From: an uncultured Poribacteria bacterium
Lineage (GTDB): Bacteria > Poribacteria > WGA-4E > WGA-3G
Reading direction: 5' to 3'
Assembly (NCBI GenBank): GCA_958296135.2
Contig: CATQHZ020000001.1
Coordinates: forward strand, 800,001 to 864,000
DNA: 64,000 nucleotides
The notes below the pieces were generated by a model. It was given only the letters and a program-made list of their open reading frames with translations, was not told the DNA's origin and searched no databases. Shown piece by piece: positions 1-8,700 of the stretch. The translations under genes were made by a program, and so were the position numbers. Position 1 is the first letter of the stretch. Every line of letters starts with the position of its first letter.

Positions 1-1
1 G

Positions 2-805
2 CGCATAGATATCGGCACCGAGGACAACGTCCAGTCCATAAAGGAGTTCCGCCTCGTAGGTGCTGTGGATCTGATAGGTATCTTGCGCGGCATCTACGCC
101 CGGGGCCTCGATGGATTGCCCTTCACGTGTGATGGACACACCGTTCACGGTTACGGATTTTCCGACTAAACTCCTGTAACCGGAGAGATCCGCGTTGGCA
201 CGGATACCGGCATCTAAAGAGTTCTTGACAATTGTCTTGAGGAGCTCTTTGGCGATTGTTCCGATGGGTGTCGCCGTGGTCAAGATAGCGGACCCGATTT
301 CGACGGTACTGAGCTCCACGTTCACGATATTGAGAAGGTTTGTTTCCAGGCTGACCGGGTTGGCCCCGCCGAGGAGAAATCCGTTGAAGGGTTGTGAGGC
401 ATCCCAGTCTTTCTCTGTGGTGAGGCGGGGTATTTCTAACCTGCGCTTGATGTTGATGTTACCGTCTTCTTCCCAGAACGCGAGAGGAAGAGCGAAGTCC
501 AAATCGAGGGTGCTGAGGATTTTGACGTTGCCGTTGCTGCTGAACACTCCTTCGGTGCCGCGCACGGTAATCGTCTTGGATTCCCGGTCGAAATTCATGT
601 CGCCCGTGACGGATGCCGTGATAGTTTCAGCACTGAGTTCCATGTTGAAATCTAGGGCGATGGCACTGCCTACCTTGTGCTCCCAAATCAGGCTGTCGCC
701 AAAGGGTTTCAATTTGGCATCGTAGGTAACTTGTGCAGCAACGCCAAAGGTGGCGGTGAGCAGTAAGCCTGTGAATATCGAAGCGATAGCGGCGATAGTT
801 TTCAT
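2..805 (-). CDS. Secreted hypothetical protein, 3' part runs off the window
   Basis: Not in the ORF track. ATG at 805 overlaps the upstream gene's TGA (ATGA). Reads MKTIAAIASIFTGLLLTATFGVAAQVTYDAK... (signal peptide) and stays open to the window edge. Confidence 0.8.
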   Translation of the reverse strand, partial: MKTIAAIASIFTGLLLTATFGVAAQVTYDAKLKPFGDSLIWEHKVGSAIALDFNMELSAETITASVTGDMNFDRESKTITVRGTEGVFSSNGNVKILSTLDLDFALPLAFWEEDGNINIKRRLEIPRLTTEKDWDASQPFNGFLLGGANPVSLETNLLNIVNVELSTVEIGSAILTTATPIGTIAKELLKTIVKNSLDAGIRANADLSGYRSLVGKSVTVNGVSITREGQSIEAPGVDAAQDTYQIHSTYEAELLYGLDVVLGADIYA

Positions 806-1485
806 CGGTTTTTCCTCTCAAAAAGTTCGGGTGGGAGGCCTCGATTGACCTCGTAGTTTGCGATGCGATTAATCAGGACGCGGTTTGATACAGGAAAGAG
901 GCTTCGCGTTTCCACTGGCAAAAAACTGCCCTTGTTCCCGGGCACGTAGTGAAACTGCGTCCGGACAAATTCGATGGATTTGATAAAGTACGTGAGTTGC
1001 ACGACAGTCCAATTGCGTGACGATATCCAGAGGCGCGCCTGCGTTTCGGGCTCCTCGGGGGTGGTGATTTCAAGCACGTAACAGTCCTGCCCGTGGAGCG
1101 GTTCTCGGTGGGATTGCAGCTGCAAATCCAGCGTCTTGAGGCGTTCCAAGGAACTGAGCAGTTCAACGCGGAAGATGCCGCGGGGTGCCTCGCCGATGTT
1201 CTGAACGGCGTGTTCCCCCGGTTTCCGATAAAAGAGGTTGAAGGCGGCTTGCGGTGACTGCCAGTCGAAAAGACTGCCTGATGCTTCCAATGAATCGGTG
1301 GCGTAGGTGTGAACGACAGCGGCGTAGTCGTCGATCTTTTCATAAACTTGCAGCGCGTTGTTCATCACCGCCTGTGCGGTAAGTGCGGCGGTTGCGGGGT
1401 GCGGTAGCAGCACTGCGCCGATGAGGAGAAGGCTGAGTCTCGCAAGAATGTTTCTGGCTGTGAATTGCAAATAACGGTTTGTCAC
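802..1485 (-). CDS. LolA-like outer-membrane lipoprotein carrier/sorting-fold protein
   Basis: Signal peptide ending ATA-A; 'YEKIDDYAA', 'GQDCYVLEITT', 'RLWIS', and C-terminal 'YEVNRGLPPELF' typical of LolA-like folds. Confidence 0.6.
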   Translation of the reverse strand: MTNRYLQFTARNILARLSLLLIGAVLLPHPATAALTAQAVMNNALQVYEKIDDYAAVVHTYATDSLEASGSLFDWQSPQAAFNLFYRKPGEHAVQNIGEAPRGIFRVELLSSLERLKTLDLQLQSHREPLHGQDCYVLEITTPEEPETQARLWISSRNWTVVQLTYFIKSIEFVRTQFHYVPGNKGSFLPVETRSLFPVSNRVLINRIANYEVNRGLPPELFERKNR

Positions 1486-1633
1486 GGTATTCCTCCGGTT
1501 GCAGGCATCTCATGCGCAGATGACGGGCATAGGTAGTCCCGTGCTAATAACGCGGGAGAGCAAATCCTTGACCGTTGGTGTGAAATTTAGCACGTTTTGC
1601 GTTTTTTGCCACTAATTTTCTGTTTCTTTTTTG

Positions 1634-1703
1634 GAGGGCGCGGGCCTGTCCCTCACCGTGCGTGGGCACGGGAGACCGCGAGGGACAGGTCCACGCACGC
1701 TAC
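1634..1703. repeat. Degenerate REP doublet (same family as the 51.6-53 kb array)
   Basis: GGGCGCGGGCCTGTCCCTCACC ... GCGAGGGACAGGTCCACGCACGCTAC; two convergent REP-like palindromes. Confidence 0.7.
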
Positions 1704-2422
1704 GGTGCCGGGGCGGTTTTTGGGTTAAGCAGAGCCAGCAATTCTGCCACTCCCCGAATCGTCTCGGGCCATTTGCCGGCTTGCGTTCCATCCCGATCAA
1801 TGAGAATCGGGCGTATTCCTACGCCATTCGCGCCCTCGATGTCTGCCTCGAAGGTATCGCCGACGTGGACTACCTCTTCCGCCGAAACGCCGACTGCCGC
1901 GAGGGCGTAGTGGAAAATACCCGGGTTCGGCTTCGCTGACCTGACGCGCACATCATGGGACGCGACTATCGCATCAAAATAGTGCGCGATGCCGAGGCGT
2001 TCGGTGAGCGGGTTCAGCGGCGTATCCCAGTTTGAAACGATTGCCATTTTCAAGCCAGCGTGCTGCAGTTGCTGAAGCGTAGGGATAACATCGGCGTAGA
2101 GCGTCGCGTTGCTTGCTGCAAAGAACGAGTGTTGAGATTGCAGCAATTCCCACGCTATTTGTTCCACATGTTCTTGAACGCCGAGTTGCTCTAAAAATTC
2201 GCACCAGCTTTTAACAATTTTGTGCATCGTCTCCAGCAGATTGTGCGTGCTCGGGTCTGAGTCGGATACCTCGGTGACGAGGTTCGCGTGTGCCGCTGCG
2301 TAGTTGTCCCAATTGAGTTGGACCTGGTACCGGTCGGCAACTTTTTGGAGTCTTGCTTTTAGCGGATGCTCCCAGTAGCATAAGGTATAGTAGAAATCAA
2401 AGAAGACTGCTTTTATCATCAT
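1700..2422 (-). CDS. HAD-superfamily hydrolase (HAD-IA)
   Basis: Motif I 'AVFFDFYYTL', motif II 'IVSNWD', 'KPNPGIF', motif IV 'HVGDTFEADIEGA'. Confidence 0.9.
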   Translation of the reverse strand: MMIKAVFFDFYYTLCYWEHPLKARLQKVADRYQVQLNWDNYAAAHANLVTEVSDSDPSTHNLLETMHKIVKSWCEFLEQLGVQEHVEQIAWELLQSQHSFFAASNATLYADVIPTLQQLQHAGLKMAIVSNWDTPLNPLTERLGIAHYFDAIVASHDVRVRSAKPNPGIFHYALAAVGVSAEEVVHVGDTFEADIEGANGVGIRPILIDRDGTQAGKWPETIRGVAELLALLNPKTAPAP

Positions 2423-2603
2423 TTTTTGGGGAAGACAGTATCTCGTGCTTTGTCCCGTTGAAATTTCCGGGAAAATCAGGTTAAGATCCGGCGATCTGGT
2501 TTCCCTACGCGGGGACTCCCGGAGAATTCAAACATGACAAGACACTGTAGTAGTGTAGCGAGTTGGAAGTCTCTCCTCCGGTGTCGCGACCGGGAGGGCG
2601 CAC

Positions 2604-3290
2604 CTACTGGTAGCGCGTCGGATCGGGGACTTCTGCCTCCTCAAACCCTTTCTTTCGGAGCAGACAGCTATCGCAGTTGCCGCAGGCTCTGCTGTCATCG
2701 TCCGGATCGTAGCAACTCAGCGTGAGGCTATAATCCACACCGAGCCTCGCGCCAATTTGGATAATCTCCGCTTTCGTTTTGTCAATGAGCGGCGTTTGAA
2801 TGGTTAATTCGGTTTGCCCTTCCACGCCAGCGCGCGTTGCCAAATTCGCCATCGTCTGGTAGGCGTGGATGTATTCCGGACGGCAATCCGGATAGCCGCT
2901 GTAATCGAGGGCGTTGACTCCGATAAAGATGGTATCGGCGGCGAGCACCTCTGCCCACGCGATCGCGTAGGAGAGGAAGATCGTGTTTCGAGCCGGCACG
3001 TACGTTATCGGGATACCTTCCCGCATCTCCGCGTCTGACCTGTGTTTCGGCACGTCGATGTCGGCTGTCAACGCCGAGGCACCAAAATTGCGCAGGTCGA
3101 TGTCAACAACGGTGTGCTGTTTCACGGCCATCGCCTTTGCGATATTTTTGGCGCATGTCAGTTCTACCTGATGCCGTTGGCCGTATCGAAAACTCATCGC
3201 ATAGGTATCGTAGCCTTCGGCGAGCGCGATAGCAAGGGTGGTGGTGGAATCGATGCCGCCGCTGAGTAATAGGACTGCTTTTTGCGTCAA
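2604..3290 (-). CDS. queC: 7-cyano-7-deazaguanine (preQ0) synthase
   Basis: 'LLSGGIDS' PP-loop, 'TYVPARN', 'YPDCRPE', 'SCY...CGNCDSC'. TTG start at 3290 follows a GAAAGGA RBS; the longer ORF start lies in repeat DNA. Confidence 0.95.
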   Translation of the reverse strand: MTQKAVLLLSGGIDSTTTLAIALAEGYDTYAMSFRYGQRHQVELTCAKNIAKAMAVKQHTVVDIDLRNFGASALTADIDVPKHRSDAEMREGIPITYVPARNTIFLSYAIAWAEVLAADTIFIGVNALDYSGYPDCRPEYIHAYQTMANLATRAGVEGQTELTIQTPLIDKTKAEIIQIGARLGVDYSLTLSCYDPDDDSRACGNCDSCLLRKKGFEEAEVPDPTRYQ

Positions 3291-3325
3291 TTTTTGTCCT
3301 TTCTTTTTTTGATTATTTTTATTTT

Positions 3326-3517
3326 CCGTAGGGCGAGGGCCGTTACGGTCACGTCTGCAGCAAACGTGCATGTGTCACCCCGCGTTAGCACGGTTACGTC
3401 TATAGCAAACGTGTTTGTTTTGCCTCGCAAAAGCGAACTACCTTACTTTAAGCTGGCATCTCTGCAGCGGGACTGCAGAGATGACAACGTTTCGGCGTAA
3501 CGGCCCTCGCGCTACGG
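3326..3517. repeat. REPIN-like element with terminal inverted REP arms and internal hairpins
   Basis: Ends CCGTAGGGCGAGGGCCGTTAC / GTAACGGCCCTCGCGCTACGG are inverted; contains the CATCTCTGCAG..CTGCAGAGATG hairpin; related to 62991-63200. Confidence 0.85.
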
Positions 3518-3545
3518 GGGCCGGGGCGTTTGTCGCTTCGCGCGA

Positions 3546-4073
3546 TTACGCCCTTTCAAACTCCAATTTGGCGAAGCGGAGGAAAATGCCGCCGCCCGGT
3601 CTGCCGAACGGCCCATTGACAGCCAAGCATGCAATGACGTGCTTCGCGCCTGGTTCCGCGTTTTCGGAGACGACGACGCGCTGCGGTGCGTTGAAACCGG
3701 AAGCTGCGCCGCGCCCCGATTCGCCGAACGCCAGATCGATGTTGCCATCAACCCAGACTTCGCCGTAATCGTCGATGCACGTGTGGAACCACACCTGTGA
3801 ACCGGCGATGGAGACACCGTCGACTTCTTCGGGAAGCGTGACGGTAATCCGATACCAGCCGAAGCAGAGGCCGGATAGGACAATTTCTTGGATATTCTCA
3901 CAGATATCCCAGCCGGAATCGTCATAATCGGCGAGGCGCGCTGGCGTTTCTTCCAGCCTGTCGACGAGGCCGCCGTTCGGTTCACCGGGGACGAGCCCAT
4001 CGGCATAACGCCACTCCGCATCGGTGAGTTGGAGGTGTTCCGCGTTTTCTAAATCGAGTTCTGCAATAATCAT
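3546..4073 (-). CDS. Stand-alone jelly-roll sugar-binding domain protein (GH2 N-terminal/beta-galactosidase-like)
   Basis: ATG 4073 with AAAGGAG RBS; 'DYDDSGW', 'GWYRITVTLP', 'IDDYGEVWVDG' pattern. Confidence 0.6.
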   Translation of the reverse strand: MIIAELDLENAEHLQLTDAEWRYADGLVPGEPNGGLVDRLEETPARLADYDDSGWDICENIQEIVLSGLCFGWYRITVTLPEEVDGVSIAGSQVWFHTCIDDYGEVWVDGNIDLAFGESGRGAASGFNAPQRVVVSENAEPGAKHVIACLAVNGPFGRPGGGIFLRFAKLEFERA

Positions 4074-4094
4074 TTTGTCTCCTTTTTTTTCGAT

Positions 4095-4116
4095 GGGCGG
4101 AGATAGACATCCGCCC
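4095..4116. repeat. 22-bp palindrome family GGGCGGA-N8-TCCGCCC (representative copy)
   Basis: Further copies at 5359-5380, 13278-13299, 29776-29797, 30206-30228, 40212-40233 and 42617-42638; all intergenic. Confidence 0.85.
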
Positions 4117-4189
4117 ATCACAATTAACCTGCGTAGTTCAGGTTCGCGACCCGCCGATGTTAGTGACATTGGTTTTACGTTCGTCTTGT

Positions 4190-5353
4190 TTAACGATGTT
4201 GCCAAAGTTGATAAGCAATGGCGGTTGAAGCTGTCAGAAAAATTCCTGCGACAATAAATGGAACCTGAACCGAGAAGTTCACCAGAACCCCACTGGCGAC
4301 GTAGCCGGCGAGAAATCCGGTGCTCCATGCCAAATGTGTTAGTCCGACACCGTGCCCTTTTTCATCGGGTGCGGTGAATTCGTTGATAAAGCGCGGGATA
4401 GTGGTTGATAGGGCCCACGCCGCGCCTGCGCCAAGCACGCCGAAAATTTCCAGCGCGATGAGCGAGTTATGATAGAACGCCACGCCGAACGCGAGCAGCG
4501 TCACGATAGCGTTTGCTATGAAGGCAGGCGCGCGGTGCCCGACGGTATCACATATTTTTCCTGTAACTAGTTGGCATCCGAAAGCGAACAACAAACTGAG
4601 CGCGCCGTAATAGCCGGTAGTTTTGACACCTGCAATCCGTGAAATCAGCACCGGCATGAGCAAATTCACGGAGCCCCAATAATAGGTTGGTAAGATGCGT
4701 AAACCGATGAGCATCCGCATCTCACGCCGCCTGCCTAAATCCAGATAAGCTTGAAGCGTGCCCAGATTCCGGATGGGCAGTTGATGTTGCGGTGCTTTCG
4801 GGAGAAATAAGCACGCTCCTACAAATAGGATGCCTACGAGCAACACTGCGCTGCCGCCGAAACCCTCATAACTGATGCGCGTAATCACTTCCCCTGCTAC
4901 CGCACTGCCGAGCGCGCTCCCGATAGTCGTACTGATGAAGTAGAGTGCTGTCGCCAGTCCCAATTTATCCGGCGGTACTGCGCTGATGAGGTAAGATTGC
5001 CCGCCGGCGGTTTTGAAGCCGGAGGCGATACCTTCATAACAGAGGATGCCCCAGATAAACAGCGGCGTTTGTGTCGTAAACAGCCCGCCGATGGCGACTG
5101 CCCCTGTCATACCGATGAGCAATGTGAACTTCCGTCCAAACCTGTCGCTGAGGCTGCCGCCGATGAGTGCTGATATCCCGCCTAATCCGATTGGCAGGGC
5201 GCGCAGCAACGCCGCAAATAACGCGTCTTCCGCTAAAATCTCATCAGCGTAGACGGGAAAAAGCATTAGCACCGGACCTGTTACCAAGCCGATAACAAAC
5301 ACGATGATGCAGAGTTGAATAAAGCCGGCAGACCACATCGAGGAAACAACCAT
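4190..5353 (-). CDS. MFS transporter
   Basis: About 12 hydrophobic segments; motif A 'GSLSDRFGRK' and second-half 'GKICDTVGHR'. Confidence 0.9.
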   Translation of the reverse strand: MVVSSMWSAGFIQLCIIVFVIGLVTGPVLMLFPVYADEILAEDALFAALLRALPIGLGGISALIGGSLSDRFGRKFTLLIGMTGAVAIGGLFTTQTPLFIWGILCYEGIASGFKTAGGQSYLISAVPPDKLGLATALYFISTTIGSALGSAVAGEVITRISYEGFGGSAVLLVGILFVGACLFLPKAPQHQLPIRNLGTLQAYLDLGRRREMRMLIGLRILPTYYWGSVNLLMPVLISRIAGVKTTGYYGALSLLFAFGCQLVTGKICDTVGHRAPAFIANAIVTLLAFGVAFYHNSLIALEIFGVLGAGAAWALSTTIPRFINEFTAPDEKGHGVGLTHLAWSTGFLAGYVASGVLVNFSVQVPFIVAGIFLTASTAIAYQLWQHR

Positions 5354-5480
5354 TGCAAGGGCGGATTTCCATATCCGTCCGGTTTCTTAATCGGTAGGCG
5401 TGGTTTGAAACCGTTACGTCTTAACATTGCGCGATTGCGTGGCTCCACCAAAGCAATCGCACGAACTCGCCTACCGGCGG

Positions 5481-7133
5481 TTATGGCAGCATGTCAGGGA
5501 AATACCGCATCAGACTCTCCGTGATATTCGGTGCGGCGGTGCCGAGGCCGCATGCGCTCGTCGCCTTCATGACTTCCCCTATCTCTTGTATGAGAGCCCG
5601 GCGGGCGCGATGTCCCTTTGCATTCCTGTCAAGCATCTCCGTTAGCCGCTGCGTTCCGATGCGGCACGGGAAACATTTCCCACACGATTCTTCGGCGAAA
5701 AATTCCATTGCGTTGTGCGCCACGTTTAACATGTCTCGCGTGTCATCGAACACCATGATTCCGGCTGCGCCGAGCATCGCGCCGACTTTTTGGAAACTGG
5801 GTTCATCTATCGTGATGCCCAGGTCTTCGCCCGCGATGAACCCGCCTGAGAGCCCTGCTGACGTAATCGCCTGAATTGAACGTCCCGACGCGGGTCCGCC
5901 TGCCCAATCATAGAGAAGCGTCTGGAGTGGCAGCCCGAAGGGCACTTCGTAATTCCCGGCCCTCTGAATATCTCCAGAGAGGCTAATGATTTTTGTGCCA
6001 GTTAAGTTCTTATCGTAACTGAGGTTTTGATACCAGGCCGCGCCGTGCCGTAGAATTTCTGCGGCGGCAGCGAGCGTCTCCACGTTGTTTACAACGGTAG
6101 GCAGGTTTTCAAAGCCGTGCGTTACAGGATACGGCGGTCTGTTCCTCGGGAACGGGTGTTTTCCTTCGAGGCTGTTTAAGAGTGAACCTTCCTCACCACA
6201 AACGTAGGCACCGGCCCCCCTGCGGATGTAGATGTGGAAATCGAATCTTTCGCCGAGGATGTTCTCGCCGAGCAACCCTGCTGCCTTTGCTTCCGCAATG
6301 GCCCGTTCGAGCGTTTTCAAGGTTTGCGGATATTCGTAGCGGAGGTAGATAAAGCCGCGCGTTGCGCCGGTTGCGTAAGCGGCGAGCGTCATCCCTTCGA
6401 GCACGGCGTGCGGTGCATAGTCAAGAATAGTTCTGTCTTTAAAACAGCCCGGTTCGCCTTCATCTGCGTTGCACACGACTGTTTTCGGTTCGCCGGGTGC
6501 ATTCAGCACCGCTTCCCACTTCGCGCCTGTCGGGAATCCGGCGCCGCCCCTGCCAGCGAGTTGACTCTCCTTCAGCGTGTTGATTACCTCGGTGGGAGAT
6601 GTTGTCACGGCTTGCGTTAATCCTTGGTAGCCTCCGGTGCGTTGGTAACCGGCGAGGGTGTTGCGTTCGGGTTCGCGAATCTCTGCGAAGATGCATTCCT
6701 CGTGCGTTCCTGGGTTCGGCGGTGGCAGCGGCGTGGCATGGACAGCGAGTGTGTCCGCTTGCTGTCCTGTCAGCACCTCGTCCCCTTTCAGGACTGGCAC
6801 ACAATCGTCGCACCGGCCTGCACACGGCATCGGTGTCGCGTCTTCGCTGCTGAGCGCGTCAAGGATTTCTAAGCCCCCTTTCAGCCGGCAGACGGGCCCT
6901 GTGCAGACGCGCGGCGCGTTTTTCCCGGGTGCCTCGCGCGCGAAGTGGTGATAAAAGGTCAGCGTGCCGAAGAGTTCTGCCAACGGTATCCGTAGCCCGA
7001 CTGCGATGTCGCGAAGGGCGGCTTCCGAAATGAACCCGTCTCTGTCGTGAAAAGCGTGTAGCACTGCGAGTAGAGGTGCCGGTGCCTCGCGAAATTGCGC
7101 AATCAACGCTTGATTTGTGGGGATAACCGTCAT
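5481..7133 (-). CDS. NuoE-NuoF fused NAD(P)H-oxidoreductase (diaphorase) subunit
   Basis: N-terminal 'TFYHHF', 'VCTGPVC..CAGRCD' 2Fe-2S; 'GRGGAGFPTG', 'NADEGEPG', 'GAGAYVCGEE', 'ESCGKCFPCRIG..CGLG' 4Fe-4S. Confidence 0.9.
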   Translation of the reverse strand: MTVIPTNQALIAQFREAPAPLLAVLHAFHDRDGFISEAALRDIAVGLRIPLAELFGTLTFYHHFAREAPGKNAPRVCTGPVCRLKGGLEILDALSSEDATPMPCAGRCDDCVPVLKGDEVLTGQQADTLAVHATPLPPPNPGTHEECIFAEIREPERNTLAGYQRTGGYQGLTQAVTTSPTEVINTLKESQLAGRGGAGFPTGAKWEAVLNAPGEPKTVVCNADEGEPGCFKDRTILDYAPHAVLEGMTLAAYATGATRGFIYLRYEYPQTLKTLERAIAEAKAAGLLGENILGERFDFHIYIRRGAGAYVCGEEGSLLNSLEGKHPFPRNRPPYPVTHGFENLPTVVNNVETLAAAAEILRHGAAWYQNLSYDKNLTGTKIISLSGDIQRAGNYEVPFGLPLQTLLYDWAGGPASGRSIQAITSAGLSGGFIAGEDLGITIDEPSFQKVGAMLGAAGIMVFDDTRDMLNVAHNAMEFFAEESCGKCFPCRIGTQRLTEMLDRNAKGHRARRALIQEIGEVMKATSACGLGTAAPNITESLMRYFPDMLP

Positions 7134-7167
7134 AGCAATTTTCTCCTTCCGATGAATCTCTTTACAG

Positions 7168-7196
7168 ATTTTACCAATTTTTCTAATTCATGTCAA
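7168..7196 (-). promoter_or_regulatory. Sigma70-type promoter for the nuoEF-like gene
   Basis: TTGACA-17 nt-TAAAAT on the minus strand. Confidence 0.7.
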
Positions 7197-7370
7197 GTTT
7201 TTTTTCGGAAGCATTTATAGTTGTTCAATTATCTGTAGTTAGAGCTCGCCTGAGCTCAAACAGGGCAATTTCAGGCGAGCCTGCCCTATAGGGCGGGGGC
7301 CGTTGTTGATTTTCACGGGAGACCTCAAAAACCGGGAAGTAAATCGTTCTGCTTTTTTTTGCGATAAAGT

Positions 7371-7399
7371 TTGACAAAATGCAGATGATGTGTTACAAT
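7371..7399 (+). promoter_or_regulatory. Sigma70-type promoter
   Basis: TTGACA-17 nt-TACAAT with extended TG. Confidence 0.7.
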
Positions 7400-7421
7400 A
7401 ACAAAACTGATGCCTCTTCTG

Positions 7422-7448
7422 GTAGGCGCGCTTTGAAAGCGCGCCTAC
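7422..7448. repeat. 27-bp REP palindrome family GTAGGCGCGCTTTGAAAGCGCGCCTAC (representative copy)
   Basis: Copies or variants at 5394, 13217-13243, 19743-19769, 27880-27906, ~28583-28603, 30246-30272, ~40922, 45556-45582 and 48796-48822. Confidence 0.9.
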
Positions 7449-7508
7449 GGGGGCCTGTTTCTGCGTCAGTCCTAAGTAAGTTTCAGATGATAAAAGGTGA
7501 AAAATCTA

Positions 7509-7885
7509 ATGGAAGCAATTTTCTACAACGGAATTTCGCATGTGGTTCTCGCTATCTTAACCTTGCTGGGCACGCTACTTTGGCAAAAGTCTCGCGGGGA
7601 AAACAGGTGATGGCGCGTTACGAGACGCTTAGGAATTTGGAAAACGCTTTTCAAAAACGGGCTGAGTTGCTTGTAGAAATGGTTACGCTCCTTCGCGAAT
7701 AGGCGAAAAAATAGGACAATGTGGAACGTCTCATCAACGCGCAGGCCGAGATGTTTGTGAACATGACAGCCGTTATCCATGCACAAACCGAGGAAATTAG
7801 GATTATGATGCGGCGATTCACTCCCCAGCCGAAATCATTGCCGGATTCCAGCCAACATCACTCTTGCGACGATAAGGAGCTCTGA
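7509..7885 (+). pseudogene. Decayed gene for a small membrane-anchored coiled-coil protein
   Basis: RBS then MEAIFYNGISHVVLAILTLLGTLLWQK (TM), a frame change near 7595-7610, then MARYETLRNLE...LLRE*AKK*DNVERLINAQAEM... with two in-frame TAGs. Confidence 0.5.
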
Positions 7886-7888
7886 AAG

Positions 7889-8599
7889 TTGCGCAATTAC
7901 GTCGACATCGCTTCTCGCGTGAAAAACTTAAACGGGCCGGTGGAACTTATCGGAACCGTCCACGATTACCCAATCTACCAAATCCGCCTGGCATCGTCAG
8001 CAGCGGCACCTGTCCCTATCCTCCTCACCGGTGGAGTGCATGGTGATGAGCCCGCAGGAGTTGCGGCGACGCTGCAATTTTTGGAACGCGACAACACCGA
8101 GCTCTTAAAACGCTTTACGTTTGTCGTCATCCCATGCATTAATCCCTACGGTTACGTTCACGGGACGCGAGAGAACCGGGAGGGTGTGGATATTAACCGC
8201 GCTTTTGACACGATGGATGTCCCAGAAGTCGCCATCGTCAAAAAAGCCATCGCGCAAACGCAATTTTCGTTGGCGATAGATTTCCACGAAGATTACGACG
8301 CAACCGGGTTTTATCTCTACGAAGGCAAGCGCGACGAGGCGTATATCGGGGTTGAACTTGCCGATGCTGTCAAAACAATTGGGCCGATAGATGCAGACGA
8401 CCCGGGCGAAGAGGCACCTGAAATTGCGGCGGGTGTCTACAAGGTTGCCACGGAGTGGGGTACGCAAGGGTTGGCACCTTATCTCTTGCATTTCCACAGC
8501 GAACATGTTATCATCACCGAGACACCGACAATCTGGCCCCTTGAACAACGCGTTGCTCTCCATTTAGGCATATTAGATGGCACGCTTGCGTTTTGCTAA
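7889..8599 (+). CDS. M14-family zinc carboxypeptidase / succinylglutamate desuccinylase-like
   Basis: 'GGVHGDEPAG', 'PCINPYG', 'RENREGVDINRAF', 'IDFHED', 'TETP'. Confidence 0.9.
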   Translation: MRNYVDIASRVKNLNGPVELIGTVHDYPIYQIRLASSAAAPVPILLTGGVHGDEPAGVAATLQFLERDNTELLKRFTFVVIPCINPYGYVHGTRENREGVDINRAFDTMDVPEVAIVKKAIAQTQFSLAIDFHEDYDATGFYLYEGKRDEAYIGVELADAVKTIGPIDADDPGEEAPEIAAGVYKVATEWGTQGLAPYLLHFHSEHVIITETPTIWPLEQRVALHLGILDGTLAFC

Positions 8600-8700
8600 A
8601 TGCGCTGCGTCGCTGAATTGAGACAAGAGGTTTCTCCGGTGGCATCGATTGCGGGGGCTCTCCTACGCGAAAATGAACAGATTATCAGGAGACTATATCT

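Noticed and set aside
3291-3350. preQ1-I riboswitch before queC (5-bp stem plus A-rich tail on the minus strand)
   Set aside because: The stem belongs to the REP arm, and the loop and tail lack the preQ1-I consensus nucleotides.
3546-4328. Long N-terminal extensions in the ORF track (also 2604-3371, 28487, 29670, 37876-39126, 39077-40231, 46837-47967, 58942-60066)
   Set aside because: The extensions run through REPs or neighbouring genes; downstream starts have a better RBS and fit the domain boundaries.
7700-7714. Stop-codon (TAG) reassignment or pyrrolysine
   Set aside because: Several conserved genes here (queC, tolC, sulfatase, floA) end normally at TAG, and the same ORF also has a frameshift.
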